DNA of 64,000 nt from Candidatus Omnitrophota bacterium. GTDB lineage: Bacteria; Omnitrophota; Gorgyraeia; Gygaellales; Profunditerraquicolaceae. Both the position numbers and the translations under genes were made by a program. The notes below the pieces were generated by a model. The model saw only the letters and a list, made by a program, of their open reading frames with translations. It made no database searches and had not been told where the DNA came from. Each line of letters opens with the position of its first letter. Position 1 is the first letter of the stretch. The stretch spans positions 4,591-68,590 of the forward strand of contig JAUYBI010000045.1 in assembly GCA_030693145.1 (NCBI GenBank), written 5' to 3'. Below are positions 52,896-63,686 of this stretch, piece after piece.

Positions 52896-53681
52896 ATGAA
52901 AATACTTTTTATCGGAGATATTGTCGGCAGCCCGGGCAGAGAGGCAATGCAAAGGCTGGTTGCCCCTCTTAAACAGGAATTAGGAATTGATTTTGTAATT
53001 GCTAATGCCGAAAATGCCTCCGGCGGCTCAGGGATTACTTCTAAGGTGGCAGATGAACTTTTTGTTTCCGGAGCGGATGTGCTTACTTCCGGAGATCATA
53101 TCTGGAAGAAACCTGAGATTTTCGAGCTGATTAACCGGGAAGAAAGAATTTTACGGCCGTTAAACTTTCCCAGCGGGGCACCGGGCCGCGGCGCAAGCGT
53201 GTTTATTGCCCAAAATGGAGTTAAGGTAGGAGTGATTAATATTAATGGCCGGGTTTTTATGGAGGCGCTGGATTGTCCTTTTAAAGCCGCGCTTAAGGCT
53301 GCCGGGGAATTGGCAGTAGAAACTAAAGTAATTATCGTAGATATACATGCGGAAGCTACCTCTGAAAAAATAGCTTTAGGAAGGTATTTGGACGGTAAAG
53401 TTTCCGCTATTTTTGGTACACATACGCATATTCAGACTGCTGATGAAAAGATCCTCCCCCAAGGTACTGCCTATATAACCGATGTGGGGATGACTGGCCC
53501 TTATGATTCGGTGATTGGCAGAAGGGTAGAGGATGTGCTTACCCGTTTTTTAAGCTCTATTCCGGTTAGATTCCAAGTTGCCGAAGGAGATATCCAATTA
53601 CATGGTGCGCTTGTAGAAATAGACGAAGTTACCGGTAAGGCGCGCTCGATTTTAAGAATTCAGAAAAAATTAGATGATTAA
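52896..53681 (+). CDS. ymdB: YmdB family metallophosphoesterase
   Basis: FIGDIVG, NAEN, DIHAEATSEK, GTHTH, DVGMTG; follows rny. Confidence 0.93.
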   Translation: MKILFIGDIVGSPGREAMQRLVAPLKQELGIDFVIANAENASGGSGITSKVADELFVSGADVLTSGDHIWKKPEIFELINREERILRPLNFPSGAPGRGASVFIAQNGVKVGVININGRVFMEALDCPFKAALKAAGELAVETKVIIVDIHAEATSEKIALGRYLDGKVSAIFGTHTHIQTADEKILPQGTAYITDVGMTGPYDSVIGRRVEDVLTRFLSSIPVRFQVAEGDIQLHGALVEIDEVTGKARSILRIQKKLDD

Positions 53682-55485
53682 AAAACTGCCGGTTATCTTA
53701 GGTGGGGTTTTGTTATGTTTAGTCTTTTTTTTGTCCTTTTCTCTGGCAGCTTCTTTTGCTCAGATCCCGGAAGAGTTAGAGTTTAGTCTAGACCTGAATT
53801 CTCCTGTAGTCAGCCTTCCGCATATATATAAATCTAGTGTGGATTTAAGCGGCCGGGGCAAGCAACGTGATTTAACCTCCCCGCAAACACTGGCTTCCGG
53901 CGATGCCTTGGCTGCCTGGCAGGCGGATTTAGGTTTCCGTAATTTCTACCGTATTCAATACAATCTTTGGGAGATCCAGCGGCTAGTTAACGACCAAGCC
54001 TCCTACCAGAAACTCCTGAGTAACTATGAAGAGATAATCAAAAAAATAAGTGACAGCGGAGGGACGGTAATTTTAGATTTATTCGGCACTCCTGATGGTT
54101 TAGGCGCGGTGCTGGATAAAAATAGCGCTCCTCGCAATTTAAAAATATATAAAGAATTAGTTAAGAATACGATTCGTAAATTTAGTTGCGAGAAAAAATA
54201 TAATATTTGGTATGAAGTTTGGAATGCCCCGGATCTCGGAGATTTCTTTTTGGGGGGGCGGTCAGAGTATTTTAATCTTTATCGTGTCATCGGTGAAGCG
54301 GTAAACGAACTGCGCCGGGAAACAAAAATACATATACCTTTGGGCGGGCCTTCGGTAAGCGCCTGGTTTAGGAATATTGAGCCCAATAATATACTTTCGC
54401 CTGAACGCGGCTTAATCTATGAATTGATAAAATATTGTTATAGTTATCGGCTGCCGCTGGATTTTATCTCCTGGCACGCCTATTCCAGTGATCCGGCAGA
54501 AGAAAAGCAGGATACAATTTATAATAAACCTTTTGTTGAGCTTATCCGCGAGTGGTTGACTTATTTTAAATTCAATAGCAATATTCCATTGTTGGTTGAT
54601 GAATGGAGTTTTGACGGCTCCGCGAATATTTTAGCCGAAAGAGATAAATTTGCGCATATCTCTGCCAGCTATATTCCGGGGCGTCTTAAAAATATGTATG
54701 AAGCCGGAATAGATTATCAGACATATTTCTGTCTTGAGGATTTCGGAGATAATCAGGTTGGGGCAATCAGAAATTTAGGTATTTTTTCATTTGATCCGGC
54801 TCGTCCGGAAAATAAGGGATATGCTAAAGCTAATTATAATGTTTGGCGAATGTTCGGCGCGCTGGGCCAGGATTTGTTTACTGCCAAATTTAGCGATGAA
54901 TTTGTGGGAGTAATTTCTACTAAGTCGCGGGATTATTTTGCCGTACTTATTTACAACTATATTGATCCGCAAGCGGCCATGAATTATATCTCTCATAATA
55001 TAGTTTATTTAAATAGCGCGGAACAAAAGGCAATTTTAAGCATTGTTAAATCTGATCGCATGAAAAAGATTATCGCCGGCCAGCTAAACCTGGCTACTTT
55101 GCGGCTAAGCGTTAAAACTAAAGGGATGCTTGGCCGCGCCATAGAATTAAATAGTTTAGCCAATAAATTTTCGACAATGAATCGGAAGATCAAAGTTTCT
55201 TTAAAAGGCATTAAAGATATCTACGCCTTGAGCAAATATGTGATGGATAGTAACTGTAGCCGAAATTGCGAATTTAAACCCAGTGTTGAAAAAGACGTTA
55301 ATTTTAATCAAGATTATGTTGAGGCCATGGAATTAACTCCTTATTCAGTTCAGTTATTAATTTTTAAGAAGAAGCCTGCGGAGGTAAAACCCGTTGAAGT
55401 TAAGCCTGAAGAGAAGCCTGCGGAGGTAAAACCCGTTGAAGTTAAGCCTGCGATTAAAGAGACAAACAATGCAGAAAATAAATAA
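53674..55485 (+). CDS. exported GH39-like (clan GH-A) protein
   Basis: Signal peptide, YEVWNAPD, LGGP, LDFISWHAY, VDEW; C-terminal KPAEVKPVEVKP repeat (42-nt period, 55372-55452). Confidence 0.7.
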   Translation: MIKKLPVILGGVLLCLVFFLSFSLAASFAQIPEELEFSLDLNSPVVSLPHIYKSSVDLSGRGKQRDLTSPQTLASGDALAAWQADLGFRNFYRIQYNLWEIQRLVNDQASYQKLLSNYEEIIKKISDSGGTVILDLFGTPDGLGAVLDKNSAPRNLKIYKELVKNTIRKFSCEKKYNIWYEVWNAPDLGDFFLGGRSEYFNLYRVIGEAVNELRRETKIHIPLGGPSVSAWFRNIEPNNILSPERGLIYELIKYCYSYRLPLDFISWHAYSSDPAEEKQDTIYNKPFVELIREWLTYFKFNSNIPLLVDEWSFDGSANILAERDKFAHISASYIPGRLKNMYEAGIDYQTYFCLEDFGDNQVGAIRNLGIFSFDPARPENKGYAKANYNVWRMFGALGQDLFTAKFSDEFVGVISTKSRDYFAVLIYNYIDPQAAMNYISHNIVYLNSAEQKAILSIVKSDRMKKIIAGQLNLATLRLSVKTKGMLGRAIELNSLANKFSTMNRKIKVSLKGIKDIYALSKYVMDSNCSRNCEFKPSVEKDVNFNQDYVEAMELTPYSVQLLIFKKKPAEVKPVEVKPEEKPAEVKPVEVKPAIKETNNAENK

Positions 55486-56692
55486 ACATATTTACACTGT
55501 TTCTGAAATTACTCAAGTGATTAAGGGTTTACTTGAGGAGAAGGTTGGCGAGATTTGGCTGGAAGGTGAAATCTCTAACTTTAAAGCTGCTACCAGCGGG
55601 CATTTTTATTTCTCACTTAAAGATCAAGGAGCGCTTATTCTGGGGGCGATGTTTGCTCACGCTAATAAAGGATTAAAATTTAAGCTGGAGGATGGCCTAA
55701 AGGTTATTTGTTTTGGTAAGGTTGATGTTTATGGGCCGCGCGGACAATATCAGATTATTGTCGAGAGAATTCAACCCCAAGGAGTCGGCGCGCAACAATT
55801 AGCCTTTGAACAATTAAAGAAAAAATTAGATCAAGAAGGCCTGTTTGATGCCAGCCGTAAAAAGCCGCTGCCTCAAATGCCTTTTGCGGTGGGGATAGTT
55901 ACTTCTAGCCGGGGAGCGGCAGTTCGTGATATTCTGCAGATTCTTAAAAAAGGCGCATCTGGTGTGGATGTGATCTTGCGTTCTGTGCGCGTGCAGGGCG
56001 AGCAGGCAGCCGGTGAAATCGCCCAGGCTATAGCGGACCTGAATAATCTTAAAAATTTAGATTTAATTATTGTCAGCCGGGGGGGAGGCAGTACCGAGGA
56101 CCTCTGGTCATTTAATGAGGAGATTGTGGCGCGGGCAATTTATAATTCCAGGCTTCCGGTTATCTCCGCGGTAGGCCATCAGATTAATACCACTTTATCG
56201 GATTTAGTGGCGGATGTTTTCGTAGAGACGCCATCCGCGGCAGCGAAGATGATTGTGGATAAAAAGAATGCTTTATTGGCCCAGTTGGCCGGGTTTAGGT
56301 ATGAGCTGGATCTTTCCATTAACAATACAATCAGTGGTTTAAAAAATAAGCTTACTGCTTTTACGCATATGCTTAAAAGCCCGCAAGATCATTTATATGA
56401 AAAACAGCAGCAAATAGATGAATTATTTTCCGGATTAAATTACAATATGCGGCATGCTTTAGAGCTGGCGGCCCAGCGCTCCAGCGCCTTAATTCAAAGG
56501 CTGGAAGCATTGAGCCCGCTATCGATTTTATCCCGTGGCTATAGTTTAAGCGTGCTAATGAGCCAAGGCGCAATCGTCAAAGACGCCTGCATGATAAAAT
56601 CGGGAGATAAACTAAAAACAGTTTTACATAAAGGCGCTTTTACCAGCGCCGTTTTGGAGGTATTCGGCGATGAAAGAAAAAACTTTATTTGA
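55469..56692 (+). CDS. xseA: exodeoxyribonuclease VII large subunit
   Basis: GEISNF, SGHFYFSLKD, RGGGSTEDLWSFN, SAVGH. Confidence 0.95.
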   Translation: MQKINKHIYTVSEITQVIKGLLEEKVGEIWLEGEISNFKAATSGHFYFSLKDQGALILGAMFAHANKGLKFKLEDGLKVICFGKVDVYGPRGQYQIIVERIQPQGVGAQQLAFEQLKKKLDQEGLFDASRKKPLPQMPFAVGIVTSSRGAAVRDILQILKKGASGVDVILRSVRVQGEQAAGEIAQAIADLNNLKNLDLIIVSRGGGSTEDLWSFNEEIVARAIYNSRLPVISAVGHQINTTLSDLVADVFVETPSAAAKMIVDKKNALLAQLAGFRYELDLSINNTISGLKNKLTAFTHMLKSPQDHLYEKQQQIDELFSGLNYNMRHALELAAQRSSALIQRLEALSPLSILSRGYSLSVLMSQGAIVKDACMIKSGDKLKTVLHKGAFTSAVLEVFGDERKNFI

Positions 56693-56909
56693 GGAAGATT
56701 TAAAAAAATTGCAGAAGATTGTTGAGGAGCTCTCTAGCGGAAAAATTACTTTAGGCGAGTCGCTAAAAAAATATGAAGAAGGGGTTAAAATTGCGCAATC
56801 TTGTTCCGCGACCTTAGCGGAGGCGCAACGCAAAGTAGAGCTGTTGATGAAAAAAGACGGTAAAATTTCTTTAGAAAAATTTGACGACGCCGATACGGAA
56901 GAGAAATAA
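56670..56909 (+). CDS. xseB: exodeoxyribonuclease VII small subunit
   Basis: FEE..KKL..IV..L..G...L.ESLKKYEEG...C...L..A. Confidence 0.92.
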   Translation: MKEKTLFEEDLKKLQKIVEELSSGKITLGESLKKYEEGVKIAQSCSATLAEAQRKVELLMKKDGKISLEKFDDADTEEK

Positions 56910-56912
56910 AAT

Positions 56913-58778
56913 ATGTTTTTAGAAAAAATAAATTCACCTCTGGATTTAAAAAAATTAAGTTTAGAACAGCTGGGTTGCCTGAGCGCGGAGATTCGCCAGA
57001 GGCTAATCGAGGTTGTTTCTCAAACCGGCGGGCATTTGGCTTCCAGCCTGGGGGCTGTCGAGTTAATCATAGCTTTGCACTATTGCCTGGATACCCCCAA
57101 AGATAAAATTATTTTTGATGTGGGGCATCAGGCTTACGCGCATAAAATAATCACCGGACGCAACCACAATTTTTCCACACTTAGGCAGTATCAGGGATTA
57201 AGCGGTTTTCCTTCAAAAGATGAGTCCGTTTATGATCCCTTTACTTCCGGCCACAGCTCGAGCGCCGTTTCTTTAGGCTTAGGGCTTGCCTGCGCCAGGG
57301 ATTTTTTACCTAAAGCGGAGCAATTTAAGGTTGTCTGTGTGATTGGGGATGGATCTTTAAGCGGCGGCCTTTGTTTTGAAGGCCTAAACAATACCGGACA
57401 TTTGAAAAAAGACATTTTAGTGGTTTTAAACACCAATGAATTAAGTATCGCTCCGAATGTGGGGGCGATTAGTAATTATTTGAATAAAATCATTTCTTTG
57501 CCGGTGTATAACCGTTTTCATGATAATGTGGAGAATTTTTTAAAAACCCGTGTTCCGCGCGGCAGCCGCCTGATAAAACTTATGAATAAGTTTGAAGAAG
57601 GATTAAAGGGGTTATTTGTCCCGGGTATGTTGTTCGAAGAACTGGGATTCCGCTATTTTGGCCCTATTGACGGGCACGATTTAAGCGCCTTAACTTCTAC
57701 GCTAAAAAATATCCTGGAAATTAAAGGCCCCCGCCTTTTGCATATCGTGACCAAAAAAGGCAAGGGCTGCTTGTTTGCTGAAAAAGATCCGGTAAAGTTC
57801 CATGGGATCAGCCACTTTGATATCCATACGGGTGAAGTGGTGATTAAGAAATCTTCACCGGGAGTAAAAAGCTATACGGATATATTTCGTGATAAAATAG
57901 CGCAGTTGGCCCAAAGCGATAAGCGGATTGTGGCGATTACTGCCGCCATGCCGGAGGGAACAGGTTTGGATAAATTCCGGGATTGTTTCCCGGAAAGATT
58001 TTTTGATTGCGGTATTGCTGAAGCCCATGCGGTCTGTTTTGCTGCCGGGCTGGCCAAGCAGGGGTTTAAGCCGGTAGTAGCGGTATATTCTACATTCCTG
58101 CAGCGCGCGTATGACCAGATTATTCAGGATGTCGCGTTACAAGGGTTACCGGTAATATTTGCCATTGACCGGGCGGGAATTGTGGGGGAAGATGGAGTTA
58201 CCCATCAAGGTATATTTGATATTGCTTATTTAAGGAGTATCCCGAATTTGGTCGTCATGGCTCCCGGGGATGGCCGGGAACTGGAGCAGATGCTAGAGCT
58301 TGCTTTGCAGTTAGATAAGCCGGTAGCCATAAGATATCCTCGCGCAGAGGTTTCTTTGGAAGGAGATCTTACATCCCCTTTGAAATTAGGGCAGGGGCAA
58401 CTAATTAAAGAGGGCAAGGATTTTACCGTTATTGCTTTAGGCAGCATGGTTGGCGAGGCCAAGAAAGCCTTGGAGATATTAAATCTGGAAGGGTTATCCG
58501 GAAGTCTAATCAACGCCCGGTTTGTCGCGCCGCTGGATATGGAATTAATTAAAAGAGTTTGCGGGGAGACAAAATTTATTTTTACCATTGAAGAAGGGAT
58601 AAGGGATGCGGGTTTTGGCAGTGCTGTTGCCGGGCAGTTAAACAAGCCGGTGGAACGTATCGGCCTGCCATTTGAATTTATCCCGCATGGCGCCAGAGGG
58701 TTACTTTTGGAAAAATATAAGCTTACGGCTAGCGGGATCGCCGCGAATATTCGCCAGGTGATAAAAAATAATGGCTAA
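56913..58778 (+). CDS. dxs: 1-deoxy-D-xylulose-5-phosphate synthase
   Basis: GGHLASSLG, DVGHQAY, GDGSL, DRAG, DGVTHQG. Confidence 0.96.
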   Translation: MFLEKINSPLDLKKLSLEQLGCLSAEIRQRLIEVVSQTGGHLASSLGAVELIIALHYCLDTPKDKIIFDVGHQAYAHKIITGRNHNFSTLRQYQGLSGFPSKDESVYDPFTSGHSSSAVSLGLGLACARDFLPKAEQFKVVCVIGDGSLSGGLCFEGLNNTGHLKKDILVVLNTNELSIAPNVGAISNYLNKIISLPVYNRFHDNVENFLKTRVPRGSRLIKLMNKFEEGLKGLFVPGMLFEELGFRYFGPIDGHDLSALTSTLKNILEIKGPRLLHIVTKKGKGCLFAEKDPVKFHGISHFDIHTGEVVIKKSSPGVKSYTDIFRDKIAQLAQSDKRIVAITAAMPEGTGLDKFRDCFPERFFDCGIAEAHAVCFAAGLAKQGFKPVVAVYSTFLQRAYDQIIQDVALQGLPVIFAIDRAGIVGEDGVTHQGIFDIAYLRSIPNLVVMAPGDGRELEQMLELALQLDKPVAIRYPRAEVSLEGDLTSPLKLGQGQLIKEGKDFTVIALGSMVGEAKKALEILNLEGLSGSLINARFVAPLDMELIKRVCGETKFIFTIEEGIRDAGFGSAVAGQLNKPVERIGLPFEFIPHGARGLLLEKYKLTASGIAANIRQVIKNNG

Positions 58779-58974
58779 AATTATAATTAATCAGGATAGA
58801 TGCAAGGGTTGTTTTTTATGCGTAAATTTTTGTCCTAAGGGCTTGATTAAGAAAAGCGTAAAATTAAATAAACAGGGCTTGAATTTTGTGGAGTTTGATT
58901 CAAATGGTGAATGTATCGGCTGTATGCAGTGCGCGGTAATTTGTCCGGATTGTTGTATTGAGGTAGATAAATAA
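58771..58974 (+). CDS. 2-oxoacid:ferredoxin oxidoreductase delta subunit (2x4Fe-4S)
   Basis: CKGCFLC...CP and CIGCMQC...CP. Confidence 0.9.
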   Translation: MAKIIINQDRCKGCFLCVNFCPKGLIKKSVKLNKQGLNFVEFDSNGECIGCMQCAVICPDCCIEVDK

Positions 58975-58975
58975 A

Positions 58976-60033
<1,058 letters not shown>

Positions 60034-60037
<4 letters not shown>

Positions 60038-60762
60038 AAAAAACATTTAAACGTTGCCAATCCTTATATGATCTGCCTGCGCATTATTGTCCGGGTTGCG
60101 GACATGGCATTGCGCACCGGCTGGTGGCGGAGGTAGTCCAGGAGTTAGGGATTAGAGAGAAAACTATCGGTATTGCCCCGGTAGGTTGCGCGGTGATGGC
60201 TTATGATTACTGGAATTTTGATTGTTCAGAGGCAGCGCATGGCCGGGCGCTAGCGGTAGCTACTGCTATAAAGAGAGTGCATCCGCAGAATATCGTTTTT
60301 ACTTATCAGGGAGATGGGGATTTAGCGGCGATTGGCACCAACGAGACTATTCATGCGGCAAATCGCGGAGAAAATCTTTCCGTAGTTTTTATCAATAACG
60401 CGGTATATGGCATGACTGGAGGACAGCTTGCTCCCACTACGCTTTTGGGCCAGAAAACCTCTACCTCTATTGAGGGTAGAGAAAAAAAAGCTCACGGTTA
60501 TCCTTTAAAAATCTCTGAGATGCTGGCATTATTGCCGGGCGTCTGCTATATCGAGCGGGTTTCTTTACACAGCCCTCCGGAAGTGTTGAAAGCTAAACGC
60601 GCAATTAAGCAGGCATTTAAAAATCAAATCAACAATTTAGGGTTTTCTTTAGTGGAAATACTTTCTCCCTGCCCGACTTATTGGGGGTTGGCCCCTAAGG
60701 AATCATTGGATTGGATTAGGGATGTTATGCAGAAAGAATTTCCCTTGGGAAGGATTAAATGA
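60034..60762 (+). CDS. 2-oxoacid:ferredoxin oxidoreductase beta subunit (TPP)
   Basis: YCPGCGHG, GDGD...NN..YGMTGGQ, SPCPT. Confidence 0.92.
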
Positions 60763-61295
60763 TTGAGCGTATAATTATCGCAGGTTCCGGCGGCCAGGGA
60801 GTAATGCTTTTGGGTAAGGTTTTAGCGCAAACCGCTATGCTTGAAGGTAGGCAGGTTAGTTGGTTTCCGGCTTATGGCCCGGAGGTACGCGGAGGGGCCA
60901 GCTACTGTATGGTGACTATTTCTGATTCCGAGATTGGTTCACCTTATATCACCGGAGCGGATACACTTATAATTTTAAATCACCCTTCTTTAGAAAAATT
61001 TATAGGTAAACTCAAAGGAGGAGGGCTGTTGATTCTTAATTCTTCTTTAGCTAAAATTAACGCGCAGGCTAAGATAAAGGTATTAGAATTTCCGTTTACG
61101 GATATTGCCATAAAATTAGGTAACATTAAAGTTGCCAATATGGCAGCATTGGGTTGTTTTGCCGCGGCCAAGAAAATTATAAAGGTTAAAAATATTTTAA
61201 AAGTGTTTAAATCTATCGCTCCCGCCGGTAATTTAAAAATTTTAGAGGTTAATCAGCAGGCCTTAGCAGAAGGGCAGAGATTAAATCATGGTTAG
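60759..61295 (+). CDS. 2-oxoacid:ferredoxin oxidoreductase gamma subunit
   Basis: AGSGGQGV, YGPEVRGG, ANM..LG. Confidence 0.92.
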   Translation: MIERIIIAGSGGQGVMLLGKVLAQTAMLEGRQVSWFPAYGPEVRGGASYCMVTISDSEIGSPYITGADTLIILNHPSLEKFIGKLKGGGLLILNSSLAKINAQAKIKVLEFPFTDIAIKLGNIKVANMAALGCFAAAKKIIKVKNILKVFKSIAPAGNLKILEVNQQALAEGQRLNHG

Positions 61296-62580
61296 GGTTA
61301 GATTTGCACCGAGTCCCACGGGAAATTTGCATATTGGCGGAGGACGTACTGCGTTGTTTAATTGGCTTTTTTCTCAGTCGCAACAAGGCAAGTTCATCTT
61401 AAGGATTGAAGACACGGACAGGGAACGCTCTAAGCAAGAATTCGTCGATGAAATACTCTTGAGCCTTAAGTGGTTGGGTTTTAATTGGGATGAGCTCTAT
61501 TATCAGAGTGAGCGTTTTGGCCGTTATCAACTGCACGCGGATAAATTACTTAAAGCCGGTTTAGCTTATATTGAAAGATCTGAAGGTGGTAAAGAAGCGA
61601 TAATTTATAAGGTTCCCCAGCAAAAGATCCTGGTCAAGGATTTAATCCGCGGACAGATCGAATTTGATTCCTCCTTGATTAAAGATCAGGTTTTAATTAA
61701 ATCCGACGGAACTCCTACCTATAATTTTGCCTGCGTGGTGGATGATGCTGAGATGAATATTACGCATATTATTCGCGGAGATGACCATATCTCTAACACG
61801 CCAAAGCAAGTTCTGCTCTATGAAGCCTTAAAGTTTGAGTTGCCGAAATTTGCGCACCTTCCTTTGATTATGGGGGTGGATGGGGGTAGGCTTTCCAAGA
61901 GGACAGGCGCAACGGCGATTAGTGATTATCGTAAAATGGGATATCTGCCCGAGGCGCTGCTAAATTATCTGTTACTGCTTAGTTGGGCTCCGGGTGAAAA
62001 TCGTGAGCTGGTGAACATCCAAGAGGCAATAAAATTATTTGATATAAAAAACGTGAATAAAACTTCCGCTACCTTTGATTTAAAGAAATTGGATTGGATA
62101 AATAACCAGTATCTTAAAGGTGCTGATCCGGAAAAGCTGGCCGATGAACTTATCCCGCTGCTTGAGGCAAAGAATTATATTCATAAGGATAGCTTTGATC
62201 GCGGGTATCTGTTAGTTTTAATAAAATTATTTCAAGCCAGGCTGCCCCGGCTTAATGATTTTGTAGAATGGGCGGATTTTTTCTTTCTGGATGAACCGGT
62301 AATCGAGCCGGCGGCGAAAGAAAAATATTTAACCGGCGATTTATCCCGGGAATTTAGCCTGTTTGCTCAAAGATTGGATAAGCTGGCCAGTTTTGAGATT
62401 ATTAATATTGAAGACAGCTTTCGGCAGTTAGTGGCAGAGCTGGGTATTGAGGCCAAAAAATTAATTCATCCTATACGCGTTGCTCTTACCGGTAAGACTA
62501 TCGGTCCGGGATTATTTGAGGTAATTTATTACCTGGGAAAAGAGCGCAGCCGCAGGAGGTTATTAAAGTGGGTAAAATAA
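61288..62580 (+). CDS. gltX: glutamyl-tRNA synthetase (compact form)
   Basis: RFAPSPTG..HIGG, RIEDTD, IRGDDH, RLSKR. Confidence 0.95.
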   Translation: MVRVRFAPSPTGNLHIGGGRTALFNWLFSQSQQGKFILRIEDTDRERSKQEFVDEILLSLKWLGFNWDELYYQSERFGRYQLHADKLLKAGLAYIERSEGGKEAIIYKVPQQKILVKDLIRGQIEFDSSLIKDQVLIKSDGTPTYNFACVVDDAEMNITHIIRGDDHISNTPKQVLLYEALKFELPKFAHLPLIMGVDGGRLSKRTGATAISDYRKMGYLPEALLNYLLLLSWAPGENRELVNIQEAIKLFDIKNVNKTSATFDLKKLDWINNQYLKGADPEKLADELIPLLEAKNYIHKDSFDRGYLLVLIKLFQARLPRLNDFVEWADFFFLDEPVIEPAAKEKYLTGDLSREFSLFAQRLDKLASFEIINIEDSFRQLVAELGIEAKKLIHPIRVALTGKTIGPGLFEVIYYLGKERSRRRLLKWVK

Positions 62581-62651
62581 ATCCAGATTTGGCTTAAAAA
62601 ATATTTTCCGATCACCTTGATATCGTATTTAATTTGTGTTATATTTAATTA

Positions 62652-62807
62652 GAAATGATAGTTAAAGGCAAGGGGTAAACTACCAGCGGGCAGGCAATGC
62701 CCAGAAATAAAGGCCAAGAGAATTTCCCCTTGCTTTTATTTTTTTCTATCTGCCAAAGGGCGTTTCTATTCTCTGGAGTGATCAGGAGAACGGAGACGGC
62801 CTTTTTT
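62652..62807 (+). ncRNA. candidate small RNA(s): two hairpins each followed by a U-tract
   Basis: TTGATA-N17-TATATT promoter (62617-62645); stems 62664-75/62726-37 and about 62755-62805; no ORF. Confidence 0.4.
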
Positions 62808-62929
62808 ATGGGCCATTAATTTTTACAGGAAAGCTTGATAAATTATTAGAATCTGGTAATATGGTACTAGATCCTAATAATATGTAAGTAAAATAATAAT
62901 TTGAGTTTAAGCAAAAAAAAGGGGGAATA

Positions 62930-63142
62930 ATGGTTAAAAAGTCTTTTTTATTGGCCATGCTTTTTGTTTTTATGTTTTTAGCCAGTGGTTGCCTTACCGT
63001 AAATGTGGACGGGTGTTGTCCGGATAAACAGCCGAACCAGTGTATTAAGAAAGAAACCAAGAAAGAAACCAAGAAAGAATCCAAAGAAGGCCCGGGTATA
63101 GTGAAGAAGGCTGACGATTGGGTAAGAGAAAACCTCTGGTGA
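62930..63142 (+). CDS. small lipoprotein
   Basis: Lipobox LASGC, KKET repeats, C-terminal KADDWVRENLW; GGGGG SD. Confidence 0.75.
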   Translation: MVKKSFLLAMLFVFMFLASGCLTVNVDGCCPDKQPNQCIKKETKKETKKESKEGPGIVKKADDWVRENLW

Positions 63143-63185
63143 TATTTGAGAATAAATTAATATCTAATTAGTTTTTGGGTTGGTT

Positions 63186-63216
63186 ATAAAAAGCCGGGGA
63201 AAACCCGGTTTTTTAT
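63186..63216. terminator. bidirectional intrinsic terminator
   Basis: ATAAAAAGCCGGG-GAAAA-CCCGGTTTTTTAT. Confidence 0.75.
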
Positions 63217-63249
63217 TTACAGAATATAAACAAAAATTAGTATCTATCT

Positions 63250-63350
63250 AAAAAAGAGGCAAGTCGTGAGGCCGTCTTCCTATTTCCTCCAGCTCCTCAC
63301 TCTTGCCCAACAAAAGGTTAGTCAACTTTAGTTGCCACTTTTACCCTTCG
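63250..63350 (-). ncRNA. candidate ~100-nt small RNA
   Basis: TTGTAA-N18-TATACT (63384-63355), a 5' hairpin, then GGCAAG-GUGAGG...CCUCAC-CUUGCC and U6; no ORF. Confidence 0.45.
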
Positions 63351-63444
63351 CTTAAGTATACACTGTTTTGGCATTAATTTACAAGGGGGGTAAAGATTAA
63401 ATAATTCCCCGGATTCAGTAGGTATTTCTACCCTCCCGATCACT

Positions 63445-63588
63445 GACAGTGTAACAAACCTTGTTGACTTTCAATAGTAGGGGAGGTTTAAACCTCCCCT
63501 GTAGCTTATTCACAACAGTAGGGTGGGTTTAAACCCACCCTACTGTATTTGATAATTAATAAAAGTCAGCAGAGTTTAATATAATGTC
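63445..63588. mobile_element. 144-bp MITE with TIRs, 8-bp TSD and two GTAG palindromes (copies 8 and 9)
   Basis: CGATCACT|GACAGTGTAACAAACCTTGTTGACTTT...AAAGTCAGCAGAGTTTAATATAATGTC|CGATCACT. Confidence 0.85.
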
Positions 63589-63686
63589 CGATCACTAAAT
63601 TGCTTGCAATTTTAGGATTTATGATAAAATATATGAGACAATTTATAAAGCATAAAGAGAAATTAAAGTTTAAATGAGGACTTATT

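Noticed and set aside
56909-56913. Absence of ispA between xseB and dxs
   Set aside because: True locally, but this gene is often relocated, so it is uninformative without the whole genome.
62660-62740. c-di-GMP riboswitch suggested by the nearby PilZ gene
   Set aside because: It lacks the GEMM GGCAAA/GCAAA two-hairpin signature; kept only as an unassigned RNA candidate.
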